Program-made: the position numbers and the translations under genes | The notes under the pieces: model-generated | Seen by the model: only the letters and a program-made list of their open reading frames with translations | Databases searched by the model: none | Told to the model about the DNA's origin: nothing | Origin: Schmidtea polychroa | Lineage: Eukaryota | Length of the DNA stretch: 64,000 nt | Reading direction: 5' to 3' | NCBI GenBank assembly: GCA_044892525.1 | Contig: CM097887.1 | Coordinates: 26,784,001-26,848,000, forward strand | In this document: piece by piece, positions 12,183-24,726 of the stretch | Layout: the number at the start of each line of letters is the position of its first letter | How positions within the stretch are numbered: the stretch's first letter is position 1

Positions 12183-14630
12183 TATGTTTAACTTATTGTA
12201 CATATAAGGTCGATTATTCAGTTCTATCATTTAATAAAATTTTGAACTCTTTGCAGTTATATTTTTACAGTGAAATATCATAATATTATAATTAAAAGTA
12301 CTATTATCTATATTAGCAGCGAGTGTAATATCACAATCAGAATAAGGGTGGCTATTAAGTGTGCTCTAATATTACTTATGCTCCTATATAAATAAAAGTG
12401 AACTATAAAATGTATTAGATGAGATATAAAATTTATAAAATTGTTATTGAAAATTAATTTAGGATTAAAATTAATAATTTTAAGATTCCATTTAATTTAT
12501 TTAAGTTTTCGATTATCTATTTTAGGATCTCATTTAATTAAAATTATAACTCATTTTAAACAACTGCTCTATTAAAATAATTATGTGATCTTTTAAATCC
12601 TTTTAGAGCACAACTTAGAATTTTTAATTTCCAAAATAAATATATTTTAGAGCACAACTAATATTATAATCTCACACCATATGACAATAATATAATAATG
12701 TATTTTTATTATAATAGAATAAAAACACGCATGGTAATAAAGATAATACTTTTATAGCTGAAAAAATTGTATATATATATATATACGCGTTACCTACAGC
12801 TTGTTTTTTTTGAAATGTAAATCCTTATAAAACTTTAAACTATAATAGACACGATAAAACGATTCAAAACTTGCACGCAACATAGCAAATGTATAAAACA
12901 TTCACATTCAAAACATAACACGCACCAATTTGTTTGAAAGACTGTAGAAAGAATTTTGTATTTGAAGTCTAATTGGTAATTTTTATTCAAAAATATATTA
13001 AACACAAGACATCATTTTTTCATATCTCACATTATATAGATAAATAACACCAGCGCAACGTTGAGAATCTCAATTCCTTTTATCGACATCTCAACATTAT
13101 TTTGAATATTAAATTTTTACTTCCGGTTTTGAATTCTTTTAATTTCAGCCTAATTTCCAAATATTTAATTTAGAGAATTTTGCGAAATTTCAAGAATCTA
13201 TATGGGAACACTTTCAATAATAATTAGTTTTCCTGCTGTGGGGAGTAGTAGAAACGGTTTGTAAGAATGTGGCAAACATTCTTGCCATAATGAGCGTTAA
13301 GCCAAAAAAATTGGCAAGAACTTTTAACAAGATAAGTAGAAAGAGTTAATAGTTTACTCATGGTTAAAAATATTAAGGTAGTAAAATATAAAAAATTACA
13401 ATTGTAATGATTTATATGCATAAAACTAATGGGTTCTTTTTATAAAACTGATTCAATAATTTTTATATCCTTGATTGTAAGACAAGATCAAAACAATATA
13501 TAAAAAGCAAGATATTTCTGCACAGCCTTTATCATTTGTGTATTTCAATTGTTTTATAAATTTAATTAAAAAAAAATTAAAAAATGTAATTAAATGTTAT
13601 TAGATGAAATTTATTTAATTAATTTAAATTTAAACAAAATTTTGCTCGAATCACTTGTTGATAGATGATTTGTGTGCTTCAACTGTTGATATAATCATTC
13701 AGGTTTTCATAGCAGTTGTTATACTTTTAGTATTTATAACGTCCATAACGTCCATATTTAATATTTTATTTTACTTGTATTTATTTAATTAATTAATTTA
13801 ATTACATTTTCAAAGTATATGTTGATGATATTATTATTACAATTTGACGAGTTAATAATGCTATAATTTCTCTAGGATTTTAATTATATATTTTAACATA
13901 TCCTTGTACTTGAAAGTCTCATTAGATATTTTATTTATTAATCGTGTGCATATATAATTTTCCACAAGAAATTATTTTTATGAAGCTTTATACAAAAATC
14001 TATTTATAAAAATTTGAATTAGTAAATTATTTAAAATTATTGTGACTTTGTCTTAAATTTTATTATGCCATCACACATTAATAAATAAAAGTTTTAATTA
14101 TTTTCATTTATTATAAGAACTTCTTTCAATTTTCATCTTTGATTTCTTTTCAATTGACATGTTATTTATGTTTTGAATTTATAATTTAAACATTTAAAAT
14201 TTTATTTATTAAAAAAGCTTGAGACAAATGAATTTATAAATCAAAATTTTAAAAACTATTACTAAAACCATAGTTGCACTCATTAATATCCAACCCAAAA
14301 ATCAAACTTTAATTTATAAATGGTCAATAAATTTCAACTAAAAATTTACCCTAGAATTACTATAAAATCTTTAAAGAATAGAATCAATAAAAATCATCAT
14401 TAAATATTAAAATTAATAAATTTAAAAACACGAATATTTTACATAATTTTAAATAATTTTGAATTTTTATCAAAAATCTGCCCATGAAAAATTTCGATGG
14501 TTCATATTCAAAAAAATGTTTTTTAAATTGATATTGAATTTATAAATAAATATAATTGCAAATTAAAAAAATTGACATATAATAAAACAGACGTCTTTAT
14601 GGTATTATTATTAATTTATATTTTTGTATC

Positions 14631-15300
14631 TATTAAAAAACTTGACTATTGATTATTCACAAAACTATTGACTACTAATTCATAGTCAAGTTTTTAATAA
14701 ATACAATGTCAATTGAAAATAAATCAGTAGTGAAAATTGAAAAAAAGGTCTTATAATTTATATTAATTTTATTATTTATATTAATATCAATTTAAAAAAT
14801 CTTTTAAAATTCTAATATTTTACAATATTTTAAAAATATATTAATTAATTTTCACATGACATGTTTTAATTTAATAAATTATAAATTTTATCATAAAATT
14901 AAAATACCTGAAATATCTTGCAAACCAACATGAAAAATTATTTATTAATAATGTTTGCTTTGTTTATTTACTAAGAATTTTATTTTTCTTCATTTAACTT
15001 TAGACCATAATTCAATGTTTTACACAACTTTTTCGCATCTCATTTTTGTGTTAAATTAATTTTGTTTAAATTAATGAAAACATTAATTTTTAACTTAAAT
15101 CTAAATGAAAAATAATTACATTTTAAATGACAATTTATAATATAATTATAATAAATGAAATATGAAAATGTAAAAATTAATAAAATTATGATAATTATAA
15201 ATTTGACGTAGGCAATAAACTTCTCTCCCAAACAAGCACAAATATTAAATCAAATTTCTAAAAAAATATTTATTAACCAAGCATTAATTTCTTTATAATT
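14631..15300 (+). mobile_element. Penelope pseudo-LTR (family A, with a local hairpin at 14631-14699) followed by AT-rich sequence weakly resembling a decayed PLE ORF N-terminus
   Basis: catagtcaagtttttaataaatacaatg...aaatcagtagtgaaaattgaaaaaa matches 45550-45613. The downstream frame IINLT*AINFSPKQAQILNQ loosely resembles the PLE VxNLSxxxLTxxExxxL motif. Confidence 0.55.
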
Positions 15301-15468
15301 TATATTTGTCGATTTATGTAAAATATTTTATTTATTAATTTAAATTAAATATATTTTAATTTGTATAACATTTTAAATTAATTTTTTTTGAAATAAAAAT
15401 TTTGGAAATTATGAAAATTTGTTTGAATTTATTCTAATATTTAATAATATAATAAATATTTTTGGAAA

Positions 15469-16113
15469 ATGAGTGTAATTAATATGAAACGCTTACGAGT
15501 AGACATTCGTAACTTTTTCGATGATCCACCTTATGGTATCCATTTATGTTATGATGAAGAAAATATTACAGAATTTCATGCTTTGATTATCGGTCCCAAA
15601 GATACTCCTTATGAAGGAGGATTTTTCCATTTTATATTAGAGATACCTCAAAGATATCCTTTTTTTCCTCCGAAAGTAATCCTTCAAACTACTGGCAATG
15701 GAACTGTTCGATTTAATCCTAATTTGTACCAATGTGGTAAGGTCTGTTTAAGCATTTTGGGAACTTGGTCAGGTCCAAGTTGGTCTTCAATTATGAATTT
15801 GTCCCAGGTTCTCGTGTCAATACAATCTCTACTAAACGAAGAACCCTACTATAATGAACCAGGTTATGAGAATAGAGTAAATGAAATTGCCAGCAACAAT
15901 TATAATCAAAACGTTCGAATTAATACAATGATCCACGCAGTAGAAGGCATACTTGACAAGCATTCTGTAATCCCAGATGCATTATATATAATTGCAAAGC
16001 AATATTTCCTTGATAATTATCAGAGCTACATAGAGATTTGTCAAAGGTTTCTATACCTTCAATCCATGATTGGAAGATTGGAATCTTTAAAATCGAGATT
16101 ATTACTGCAATAA
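15469..16113 (+). CDS. UBE2Z: Ubiquitin-conjugating enzyme E2, UBE2Z (USE1)-type, intronless, 214 aa, copy 1
   Basis: Complete ORF with GPxDTPYEGGFFxF, YPxxPPKVxLxTTGNGTVRFNPNLY, catalytic [20 protein letters not shown] and PYYNEPGYE motifs typical of UBE2Z/BIRC6-type E2s. Confidence 0.9.
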   Translation: MSVINMKRLRVDIRNFFDDPPYGIHLCYDEENITEFHALIIGPKDTPYEGGFFHFILEIPQRYPFFPPKVILQTTGNGTVRFNPNLYQCGKVCLSILGTWSGPSWSSIMNLSQVLVSIQSLLNEEPYYNEPGYENRVNEIASNNYNQNVRINTMIHAVEGILDKHSVIPDALYIIAKQYFLDNYQSYIEICQRFLYLQSMIGRLESLKSRLLLQ

Positions 16114-16363
16114 AATTTATTTATAACACATTTTGTATTAGAATTATTTGTCTTTTACTTGTATTTTTTATTTTTAATTAAACATTTTAAAGGTAATTTT
16201 CCATTGCCAAGTGATAGTTATTAAATTATGCTAATTACCCAATCTTTACAATCCTTTATTGGCTATTATGTACAATTGCATCCCCACTTTTAATTGTGTT
16301 TAAATTAATTATCTATAATAATAATTTATAAAATTTCCAAATGCTCATGGATTTACTACTTCT

Positions 16364-16446
16364 ATTTTATATATTTCGGCATGCTCAATGTTATCATCAG
16401 ATTGCAAGTAATGACAGTGAACCAGCATAAATATATTGTTTGATTG
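16364..16446. repeat. Head-to-head pair of H1-like hammerhead relics right after the UBE2Z copy 1 duplication boundary
   Basis: Minus strand 16364-16404: CTGATGA-T-AACAT-TGAGC-ATGCC-GAAA-TATAT-A (stem II has two mismatches). Plus strand 16408-16446: aatgacagtgaacc...aaatatattgtttgattgac resembles the H1 consensus. Confidence 0.45.
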
Positions 16447-17029
16447 ACTATTTTAATATTTAAATTTGTTTATGTTATTTTTTCATGTCAAAAATTTAAG
16501 AATAAAAATAAAAAAAGAAAATTTACCCAAAATTAGATTCCATTAAATATTTCATTTAAAACCTCAACGAAAATAAAGTAAAGTTTTCATCGACTATTTA
16601 GGTTGGGTTACAAAAAGAACAGTAACAGGTATTATCCTAGAATTATTAAATCATGTTTGATTATATTAATTATCTAATTTAATATGCTTAAACCTTTTCG
16701 GTTCTTTTCAGAATATTCCTTTGTAGGTCCCTTTATTGGAAGTTATTTAACAATGTAGCGTATGGAAAAATAAAGTTCTTTTTGATAATTAATGGTTTTT
16801 AACAAATTCTTTCTGACATCTTGTCAATGATATCAACAACTAATAAAAGAACATTTGTAAAATGCTTCGTTCCACTAAACGCGACACCTTCCTTTTTAAT
16901 TTTTAAATATAATGATTATATTTCTCACTTGGGATCACCTCCAACTCCCCAGCGCAGCAAAATTATTTTCAGCGGAGTATATTTAATTCAACCGTTTCAT
17001 GGCAGTTGTTCCTAGTAAAAAAAAAAAAA

Positions 17030-17430
17030 ATTTCTGACTGGAATAGGTTCGGATACGTCATTTTCTATGGGTGTATGACAGTCCATTCCCTGTAGCTCAT
17101 CACTAGTCAAGGGTTCACCGTGTGATTTAAAAAAATATATGAATATCATCTTCATCAACACCTTTGATGCCTCCGGAAATGACTAGATGACTAATCACTT
17201 TGATAATATTAATTTCATAATTGCAGTAATTTCACTGAACAATCGTTTCCAAACACTCTTTATACACGACTGGATGACTTCATTCCACGCTTTGTTGATG
17301 TTTATGACACTCATTATGACGATTTATCACACTGTCGAGGTCAATGTCTGAAAAATATATTTTTTTAAATTGTCGGTCGCGTTATAACGAATTCGCACTC
17401 GCCGGGGTCGCAGTGAACGGGGGTTACCTG
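17030..17430 (-). mobile_element. Tigger/pogo DNA transposon fragment (duplicate of 37447-37845)
   Basis: End TA|CAGGTAACCCCCGTTCACTGCG on the minus strand; peptides INKAWNEVIQSCIKSVWKRL and GVDEDDI...SHGEPLT typical of the Tigger transposase C-terminal half. Confidence 0.75.
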
Positions 17431-17444
17431 TACATGACAAAAAG

Positions 17445-17570
17445 TTTTTTTCAAATTTCACCACTGATTCGTTTTCCATTGTATTTATTAAAAAGCTTGA
17501 CTATAAATCATTAAATATATTGATGTTTTTTATATTCAAGAATTTTCAGTGATTGTAAAACATTCATGTA
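17445..17570 (-). mobile_element. Penelope pseudo-LTR fragment (family A); duplicate at 37858-37985
   Basis: caaatttcaccactgattcgttttccattgtatttattaaaaagcttgactataaatc, homologous to the reverse complement of 45540-45613. Confidence 0.7.
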
Positions 17571-18057
17571 CGTAGCAATGACAGTTATTGCAAAACTTGG
17601 TAAGATTTTTTAAAAAATATTTTAGGACGAAATTTAAAAATTTCAAGAAATCACTGATAATAATTCTTCGTGTTTTCGTTGTTGTTATAATAGGCATAAT
17701 AATAAATATTCTAGTCGAGGAATTTTCAATTACAGTCCTGTCAGTAAAACATTTTTCCAAACCTTTGGCTCATATCAAAAATTTTAACTTTCATTAAGAT
17801 ATCATTTAAGTACACTTAGGTCCATTCTGTAAATTTTTTTATCACTGTGTCATGTAAAATAATGCTTCTAGTTGAGTTTGAACAACTGCAAAAACAGTTG
17901 AACTGATAATGCATGATGCTATTAAATTTTTTTGGAGTTTTTTCAAATAAAATAATAAAAATTAAAAATTACAATAATGTAAATAATAATATTATTAAAA
18001 TTATTGGTTTTTTCTATTCAAAATAGTAATTTGATTTACTTAATGCTATATATTTTA

Positions 18058-18687
18058 ATGACAAATTATAAGTAATATATTAAGTCAAATTTATTTAAAT
18101 GCTTTGCAATACTTTCAGCTTTATCCCTTCCATTGCATATTTTGAGTAATGAAAAAAACTAATGAGTGTTAATTGAATAAATATATTTTATTCAGTCATT
18201 AAATTACATTTAAAATATAATTGTTTTGTTAATAGACCCCAAACAGTACTGAGTACGAGCTACTATGTCCCGGCTTCAAATCAGTGCAAAGGCAAAGAAT
18301 CAAATATCTCTGTAGGGCTTCAAGTAAGATCTTAATATATTACATTAGATAAATTATTATTATTAATTATGATGATTTTTAATTATTATTTTATTATATT
18401 ATAAATATAATTTAGACAGAAACACCGGAACCAAGATTATTAACGAGGTCCAAATCAACGACAGGTTTAAGCCAAGAAAATAACTTTTTCCAGAGACTTA
18501 GAGATGCCAATTGCTCGGCATATAAAGGAAGTATTTCAGAGAATATAATACCAACTTATAGATCGCCGTATTTGAAAGAAGTTCCAATTTACAGAACTGG
18601 CAGGATGGGAGCTTGCTGGAGACATTTGAAGCTGTTACTGGACCAAACGGAGAAAATATTATGTTTATCGATGGTATAAAAGATTAA
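18058..18687 (+). pseudogene. 5'-partial duplicate (exons 1-4) of the unknown gene at 38473, with a 1-bp frameshift
   Basis: Nearly identical to 38473-39103, but gaagctgtt (18628-18636) lacks the G of gaagcgtgtt. Homology stops at about 18736, inside intron 4. Confidence 0.7.
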
Positions 18688-20020
18688 ATTGTTATAGATT
18701 TTGATGATGATAATAATAATAATAAAGCTACTAAAATAAACTCATCAGGATTACTTGAAACAAAATTCTCTTTTACTCTAAACATTCTTTCAAACCTTTT
18801 TTATTGTTAATTTATTTTTAAATTAATAATTTAATTTAATTATTTTCGAGTCCCCATAATTCTTTACCATTGTCATAATCTTGCTTTATAAATACATATT
18901 ATTATAACAAAGTTGATTATCTTGTTTTACTGATTCATTATAAAATTAAAAAAAACTATAAAAATATTTTGTGGATTTTTAAAACTTTAAATAAAAACAA
19001 TGAAACTTTTTCAAATTTTTTTCTTTATAACATTAGTTTTTCTAAATAGTTAAAATAGAAAAATAATAGTAAATTAATTTAAAAATACTTAAAAAAATAA
19101 TGATAGAGACCTGGGAATCTTCCTTTGTTAGTATTTCCCAGTTTTTTTTTAACAAAATTTATTTTTCTTACTTTAAATTGATTTTACCATGCGTCATTGG
19201 ACAAAAATTTCATAAATAAATACAAAACTGACGCCATTTTTAATAAATAATAATTTCAAGTTTGAACTTCGACTTGGATGGAGCTTGGACAGGAAAATAA
19301 TCAGTAGTTTTAATTTGAATGATAATTTAAACAAAATATTAAACTATAAATTTATTAAATCATTATTTGAAATGATAATTATATTTTATAAAATATATAA
19401 TAAATAAATATTTACCCACAAAGCCGTTTGATATTGAAGGACTGTACCGAACAAATCGCCACCAACAAATAGAGCAATGAAAAGGAGGCATGACCCATTT
19501 TTGCCAATTTCTTTCCTCTCTAACTAAATTTTGAAATATTTCACCTATAAATATTATTTCCAAACTTTTATGATTGGCTTTCCCAACTATTTTATAGAAA
19601 TTATAATTTATATATGCTTTTATAGAGAATCAGTAATTATTATAAAAAGGATTCTTCCATAATTATTTTCATTTTAATTTATTTATTTTAAATTCATTTT
19701 TAATTATATATAATTTATAATATATAATTTGGTAATTTTATTTTATTTCATGTATAAATATTTTCTATTTAAAATGTTTGTTTTTAAATCTGAAATCNNN
19801 NNNNNNNNNNNNNNNNNNNNNNNNNNNNNNNNNNNNNNNNNNNNNNNNNNNNNNNNNNNNNNNNNNNNNNNNNNNNNNNNNNNNNNNNNNNNNNNNNNNN
19901 NNNNNNNNNNNNNNNNNNNNNNNNNNNNNNNNNNNNNNNNNNNNNNNNNNNNNNNNNNNNNNNNNNNNNNNNNNNNNNNNNNNNNNNNNNNNNNNNNNNN
20001 NCTATTTCTCCATCTAAAAT

Positions 20021-20300
20021 ATATTTCTTTCCTCCATCTCCGCCAAAACATTTTGCTCACGTCCTTAATCATTTCACATCTCCTTTTCATTTTTGTCAAT
20101 AACTCGACTTCTTGCAAAGACTTACCGATGACAAGAAAGTATATTGGTCCTGCATGTAAGAAATGTAACGGTTTGAGTAGAATCAATGAATTATTACCAT
20201 TATGTTTCATAATTTTAGGAAGTATGGACAGTGACACGCGAGGCCGCAGGAACAAAGACATTATGAGTTATGCTTTTTTGGAGAACATACTAAAGAACAT
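20021..20300 (-). pseudogene. BEL/Pao LTR retrotransposon integrase C-terminal (DUF5641-like) relic
   Basis: LKPLHFLHAG and KRRCEMIKDVSKMFWRRWRKE resemble LTPNHFLxG and RWxxxQxxxxxFWxRWxxEYL. Confidence 0.55.
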
Positions 20301-21261
20301 TTAAACTTCCAACGATATATTAAAATATATTGATATCACAATCAGTAACAATGGGTTTTAATTTGTATTCTTTTACTATCAATTCAATATGTTTAATGCA
20401 GTTGAAGGGAGTCTTGGTAAATTATCCCAAAATATGTAAAAAATGAAAGATTTGGGTGTAGTGGGAGTGAAAATCATAATTAATAATTTATACTATTTTA
20501 TATACATTGCTACAGAATTTTAACATTAAAGTGAAATATTGGAGCAAAAATATATTTTGGGGTAATAGGTGAAAGAAGTTACCCTTCTCATGGTTTAAAG
20601 TAATCTTTCAAATTTCCAAGAAATATTTTATAAATGTTTTTTTTAATTACACTTCTTTACAATTATTTGTTTGAGGTCCATTTTAATTGTTTATGACTAA
20701 ATTGACCAATTCACCGGGTCCCCTGATGCCAAATCTTTGTTAATAAGTTTTTTAAAAAAATAACGTGCATAAACAGACAAAATGTTACGTATTAGCCATT
20801 TTAAAGATATTAGAAACGCATTTGTCTTAAATGTTAATTTTTTTGATAAGGAGGGGGGCGTCATAATTTCCTTTCTCGCGCTCGAAATTTAGATGATCGG
20901 TCCTGCAGTGCTATACATGGAGTAATTGTGCATACATCTTCTATCAGTAAAACAAATTATTCCACTCATCATTAATAATTCATGCTTCATAAAGAAAATC
21001 ATTTTCTCAACAATAGCGAAAAAATCTCTAACAAAAAGAAATTTAAGTCGAACATTTTAATGAAATTAATATAAAAATTTAAACAATCGGAAGAATTTTA
21101 CATAATGATCTTAATAATAGCCATTTCATAGACATGACATCGCATTTATTTTACAGAGGATGGTCTCTTAGAAAACTAATTAAACGTTCACGAAAACGAT
21201 TTAATTATAAGAAAGCATCACTCGAATATTCATTTTACGATATAGTGATTAATTGTCGATG

Positions 21262-23345
21262 CTCGCGTCTGTGTGCGCTTTGTACTGGTTTTGGAGGTTT
21301 TGTGTGCGCACACAGACGCGGAGAATGGTAAATTACACCCAATTCCGAAATTGAGTAACCTCTATTCACGTTAGTGTGCACACCAGTTCAGTGAGTCACC
21401 ATTTACGTGAAAATGAAGTTACTCAATTTCATTTATTCAATTTATTAAAAATGGTTTTCAGGTAATTTTTTTAATTTCAAGTATATTTTAAGACTTGAAT
21501 TTTGATTTTATATAATTATGAGATCATTATTCAAGTTCTTAAATATTACTGTTAATCATCATTTATAAATATATTAATAATTAAATTTCAGGTGTTTTTT
21601 AGGAAATTTATGATATTTTATGCATTAATATGGAATTATTTCGCTAAAATATAAGTTAGATATTTTTATATTTGTAAATAAATAAAGTAATCACCAAACA
21701 CATTTATTTTTAAGGCATTTAGGAAAAAATCGGCGTACATGAATGAAATAGTTTTTTAAATTTTTATAATATTCTTTCTGCAGCTCATTTTCGATGGCTT
21801 TTTTCTTTCTGTAAATCAAAAGATCTCGAAGGACCTTCAATATTTGAAATGCTGCCTTCACACATACTATAAAATATTTTAATATTTTGTAATTTAATGA
21901 ATAAAACTTACATTGTATTTTCTTCTTTTTCCCTAAAGCTCAAGGTAGAGCTGTCGGAATCTAAATTAAAAGTATTTTCTTGCATTTTTTAATAACTTTA
22001 AAATAATTATATTTTAACAATATGTTAACAATATGTTAACAGTTATTTATTTCGGAACAAAAACCTATATAAGAATTTTGCATGCATTTTTCATTATGTG
22101 TTTTGTGTTGGTGTGTTCAGTTATTTTTCTCTCACCTTCACAAAACCTATAATAAAGTTACTAAATTTCGGAACAATAAATTTCTACACACAGGTAAGTT
22201 TGTGTGTTCCTACACCAAACACCACTGAGATGCATTTCCTATAATATAACAAAAAAATCAATAATCTTACATGATAGAAACATACATACTTACTTTGATT
22301 TCACGTTGATGTTCTCATTTATAGCTCAATGAGATACATCTTATATTATAGAAATCTGAAAAGTGGAAGGAAAATTAAAAAATGCACACAGGCACAACAC
22401 ATAATAAAAACACATACAAACTTTTGATTCGTAAAATTGTAACCATGAGATACGTTTCTATAATAATTCTATTTTAGACAATTTTTAGAAAAAAAAGATC
22501 GTTGAAAATTTTTTAAATTATATTTTTAATGAAAATATCAAGAGCAGATGAATTTGGTTCAAAATCTTTTTACTCCAGATTTGATTTCCTTTAAGAATCC
22601 CCTCATATTGAGCTCAGAAAAAAAATTACAAAAATTAAAAAAATTATTCTAATCAGCGATTTTTCCCAAAATGTTTTAAAAAAATACATTGATTGATTTA
22701 TTTAATTAATTAATTATAATTAAAAATATATCGGACTCACATTTTTTCGAAATAATTCCAAAATACTTTAATAAAAGACAAAATTCCTAAAAAAGCCTGA
22801 AAATTAATTAAAAATAATTTATAATTATATTGTTGATTAAAAGTAATATTTTAGAACTTGAATAATGATCTCATATCTCATATAGATCAGAATTCAAGTC
22901 TTAAAATTTACTTTAAATAAAAAAATTACTTGTAAGCCATTTGTAAAATTGCTAAAATAAATTTCCAAAAAACATAATTGATTTTAAAAACATTGATTAA
23001 AAAAACATAATTCAGTACATGATAAATTGTTGCTTGATTTGCTGATGATGATGATAAATAAATTGGTGAGTGATTTTACACGCCAACCACAACTATAGAG
23101 AACGTATCTCAGTGGTGTTTGGTGTATAATATATATTTATTGATTTTTTTTAGATTATAGAAGTTATTAAATTTCGGAATTAGGTGTATGAAGTTGATTC
23201 GCGTCTGTGTGGGCTTTTTACTTTCTTTGTGTTTGGGTTGTGTGCGCACACAGACGCGTAAGATTGTCGCATTATTGGTTTGTCTCGCATTCTGTGTGCG
23301 CCTTTTGCTTTGTTGATTTGGATTGTGTGCGCACACAGACGCGGA
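21262..23345. mobile_element. Foldback-like element (family B): long imperfect inverted repeats with GC-rich terminal hairpins
   Basis: About 21330-21620 is inverted relative to about 22780-23200. Hairpins cgcgtctgtgtgcgc...gcgcacacagacgcg occur at 21265-21320 and twice at 23200-23343. Further family B pieces lie at 22160-22330, 31210-31480 and 35480-35630. Confidence 0.6.
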
Positions 23346-23548
23346 AAAGGGAGAAGATTGTTTTCAGTTTGGATTTTTGGACTCAGTGTTGTGGATGGTA
23401 TCGATTTTGTTTTGTGTTCTTGGCTATTTTCGAATTGTGAAATTTTTTATTGTATCGGTTTTTTAGAGTGTCGGAAGTTATTTTCTGGAATTGTGGTTTT
23501 AAAGAACTGATTTATAATTTTGATTTGAATTTTTGGCCTTAGTGAAAT

Positions 23549-24052
23549 ATGGAAGATAATGAATGTTTGATATGTCGTTTTTCAATGAGCAATATGGCGA
23601 AGAGATGTCTTTTCAGCAGTGGAACTTGTTCATGTAATCGTGGCTCAGCAAGATCGTTGCAAATTATTAATGGAAGTTTTTCAAAAGGATTGGAAATCAA
23701 CGATTTAATTTCTGTGAATCATGAAAGGGCAGAAGAGGGAATCCAAGATATTTTTATGAAATTTCCCCAAAGCGATAAAAAGATAAACTTGCTAACTTAT
23801 GGATATGATATTCTATTCAATCAAGCTCTTAAAAGGATCAACACAACTCCAATGGTTATATGCCAAAGTGTTGAACAATTATCCAATGTTTCAAATTCAA
23901 TCATGGCTCAATCTCAAGTTATTGGACACGATAAATGGTTTTGTACAAATAAAGCGTGTGATATTAATTACAAAGAAATTCTTCTGATGTGTCTTAGATT
24001 TAAACAATATAGTGTGACAGCGTTCCTGTCTTTATCAGGTTGGATTGAATAA
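23549..24052 (+). CDS. Hypothetical 167-aa ORF, no recognisable domain
   Basis: Uninterrupted 504-nt ORF with raised GC in an AT-rich background; N-terminal CxxC. Alternative frames near the 5' end also look protein-like, so it may be a frameshifted relic. Confidence 0.35.
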   Translation: MEDNECLICRFSMSNMAKRCLFSSGTCSCNRGSARSLQIINGSFSKGLEINDLISVNHERAEEGIQDIFMKFPQSDKKINLLTYGYDILFNQALKRINTTPMVICQSVEQLSNVSNSIMAQSQVIGHDKWFCTNKACDINYKEILLMCLRFKQYSVTAFLSLSGWIE

Positions 24053-24069
24053 GAACAACTTACTATCTC

Positions 24070-24150
24070 CTACCTGATGATGAAAGGAAAACTGTCGGAA
24101 TATATTATAAAACAAATGTTAGAGTGGCACTTTCTTATAATTAATTAAAG
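24070..24150 (+). repeat. H1 hammerhead relic plus tail, 17 bp after the stop of the 167-aa ORF
   Basis: CTAC-CTGATGA-T-GAAAG-GAAAA-CTGTC-GGAA-TATATT, then aatgttagagtggcactttcttataattaa. Core intact; stem II and GAAA mutated. Confidence 0.6.
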
Positions 24151-24726
24151 TTATTAATTAATAAACGCATTAAATGTCAATTATAATAGGAGAACTGAGT
24201 GCACCGAGAGACCAAGCCGGGAAACCATAAATTATGTAAGCTAGAATGTATATGCATATCCAAATGCATATTGACATTGTATTAACTCGAGGTCAGTAAA
24301 GAAGGCGACTTCCTGCATTAAATGGAAGCTGAGTTGGTCGGATTCCTCATATGTGGCAATGCGTTAAATATAACATTGAACANNNNNNNNNNNNNNNNNN
24401 NNNNNNNNNNNNNNNNNNNNNNNNNNNNNNNNNNNNNNNNNNNNNNNNNNNNNNNNNNNNNNNNNNNNNNNNNNNNNNNNNNNNNNNNNNNNNNNNNNNN
24501 NNNNNNNNNNNNNNNNNNNNNNNGAAAATGAAGAGATACTTAAAAATGAAATTAATAAAATAATAATAATTAGGAATATAATGAAGAGATAAAGAGCGGT
24601 GAAAGAGCGAAAGCAAAAGAAATTTACGTCATAAATTATTATAAATGGTCAGCACGTATGGAAATATTAGCAAAAAAAATTCAACCTTTATTACTATTTT
24701 TTATCAGTATAAAATGATGATTGCTT

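Noticed and set aside
13000-13350. Gypsy integrase C-terminal relic on the minus strand
   Set aside because: Only a vague WxxxLP similarity; too degenerate to list as a feature.
15469-16113. Viral (NCLDV or Polinton cargo) origin of the E2 gene
   Set aside because: The sequence follows animal UBE2Z motifs throughout and is not adjacent to either Polinton relic; not excluded without a phylogeny, but unsupported here.
17016-17030. Poly(A) tract at the duplication boundary as a retroposition tail
   Set aside because: It extends an existing agtaaaa in the other copy; there is no TSD and no matching left half of the Tigger upstream, so slippage or junction fill is equally likely.
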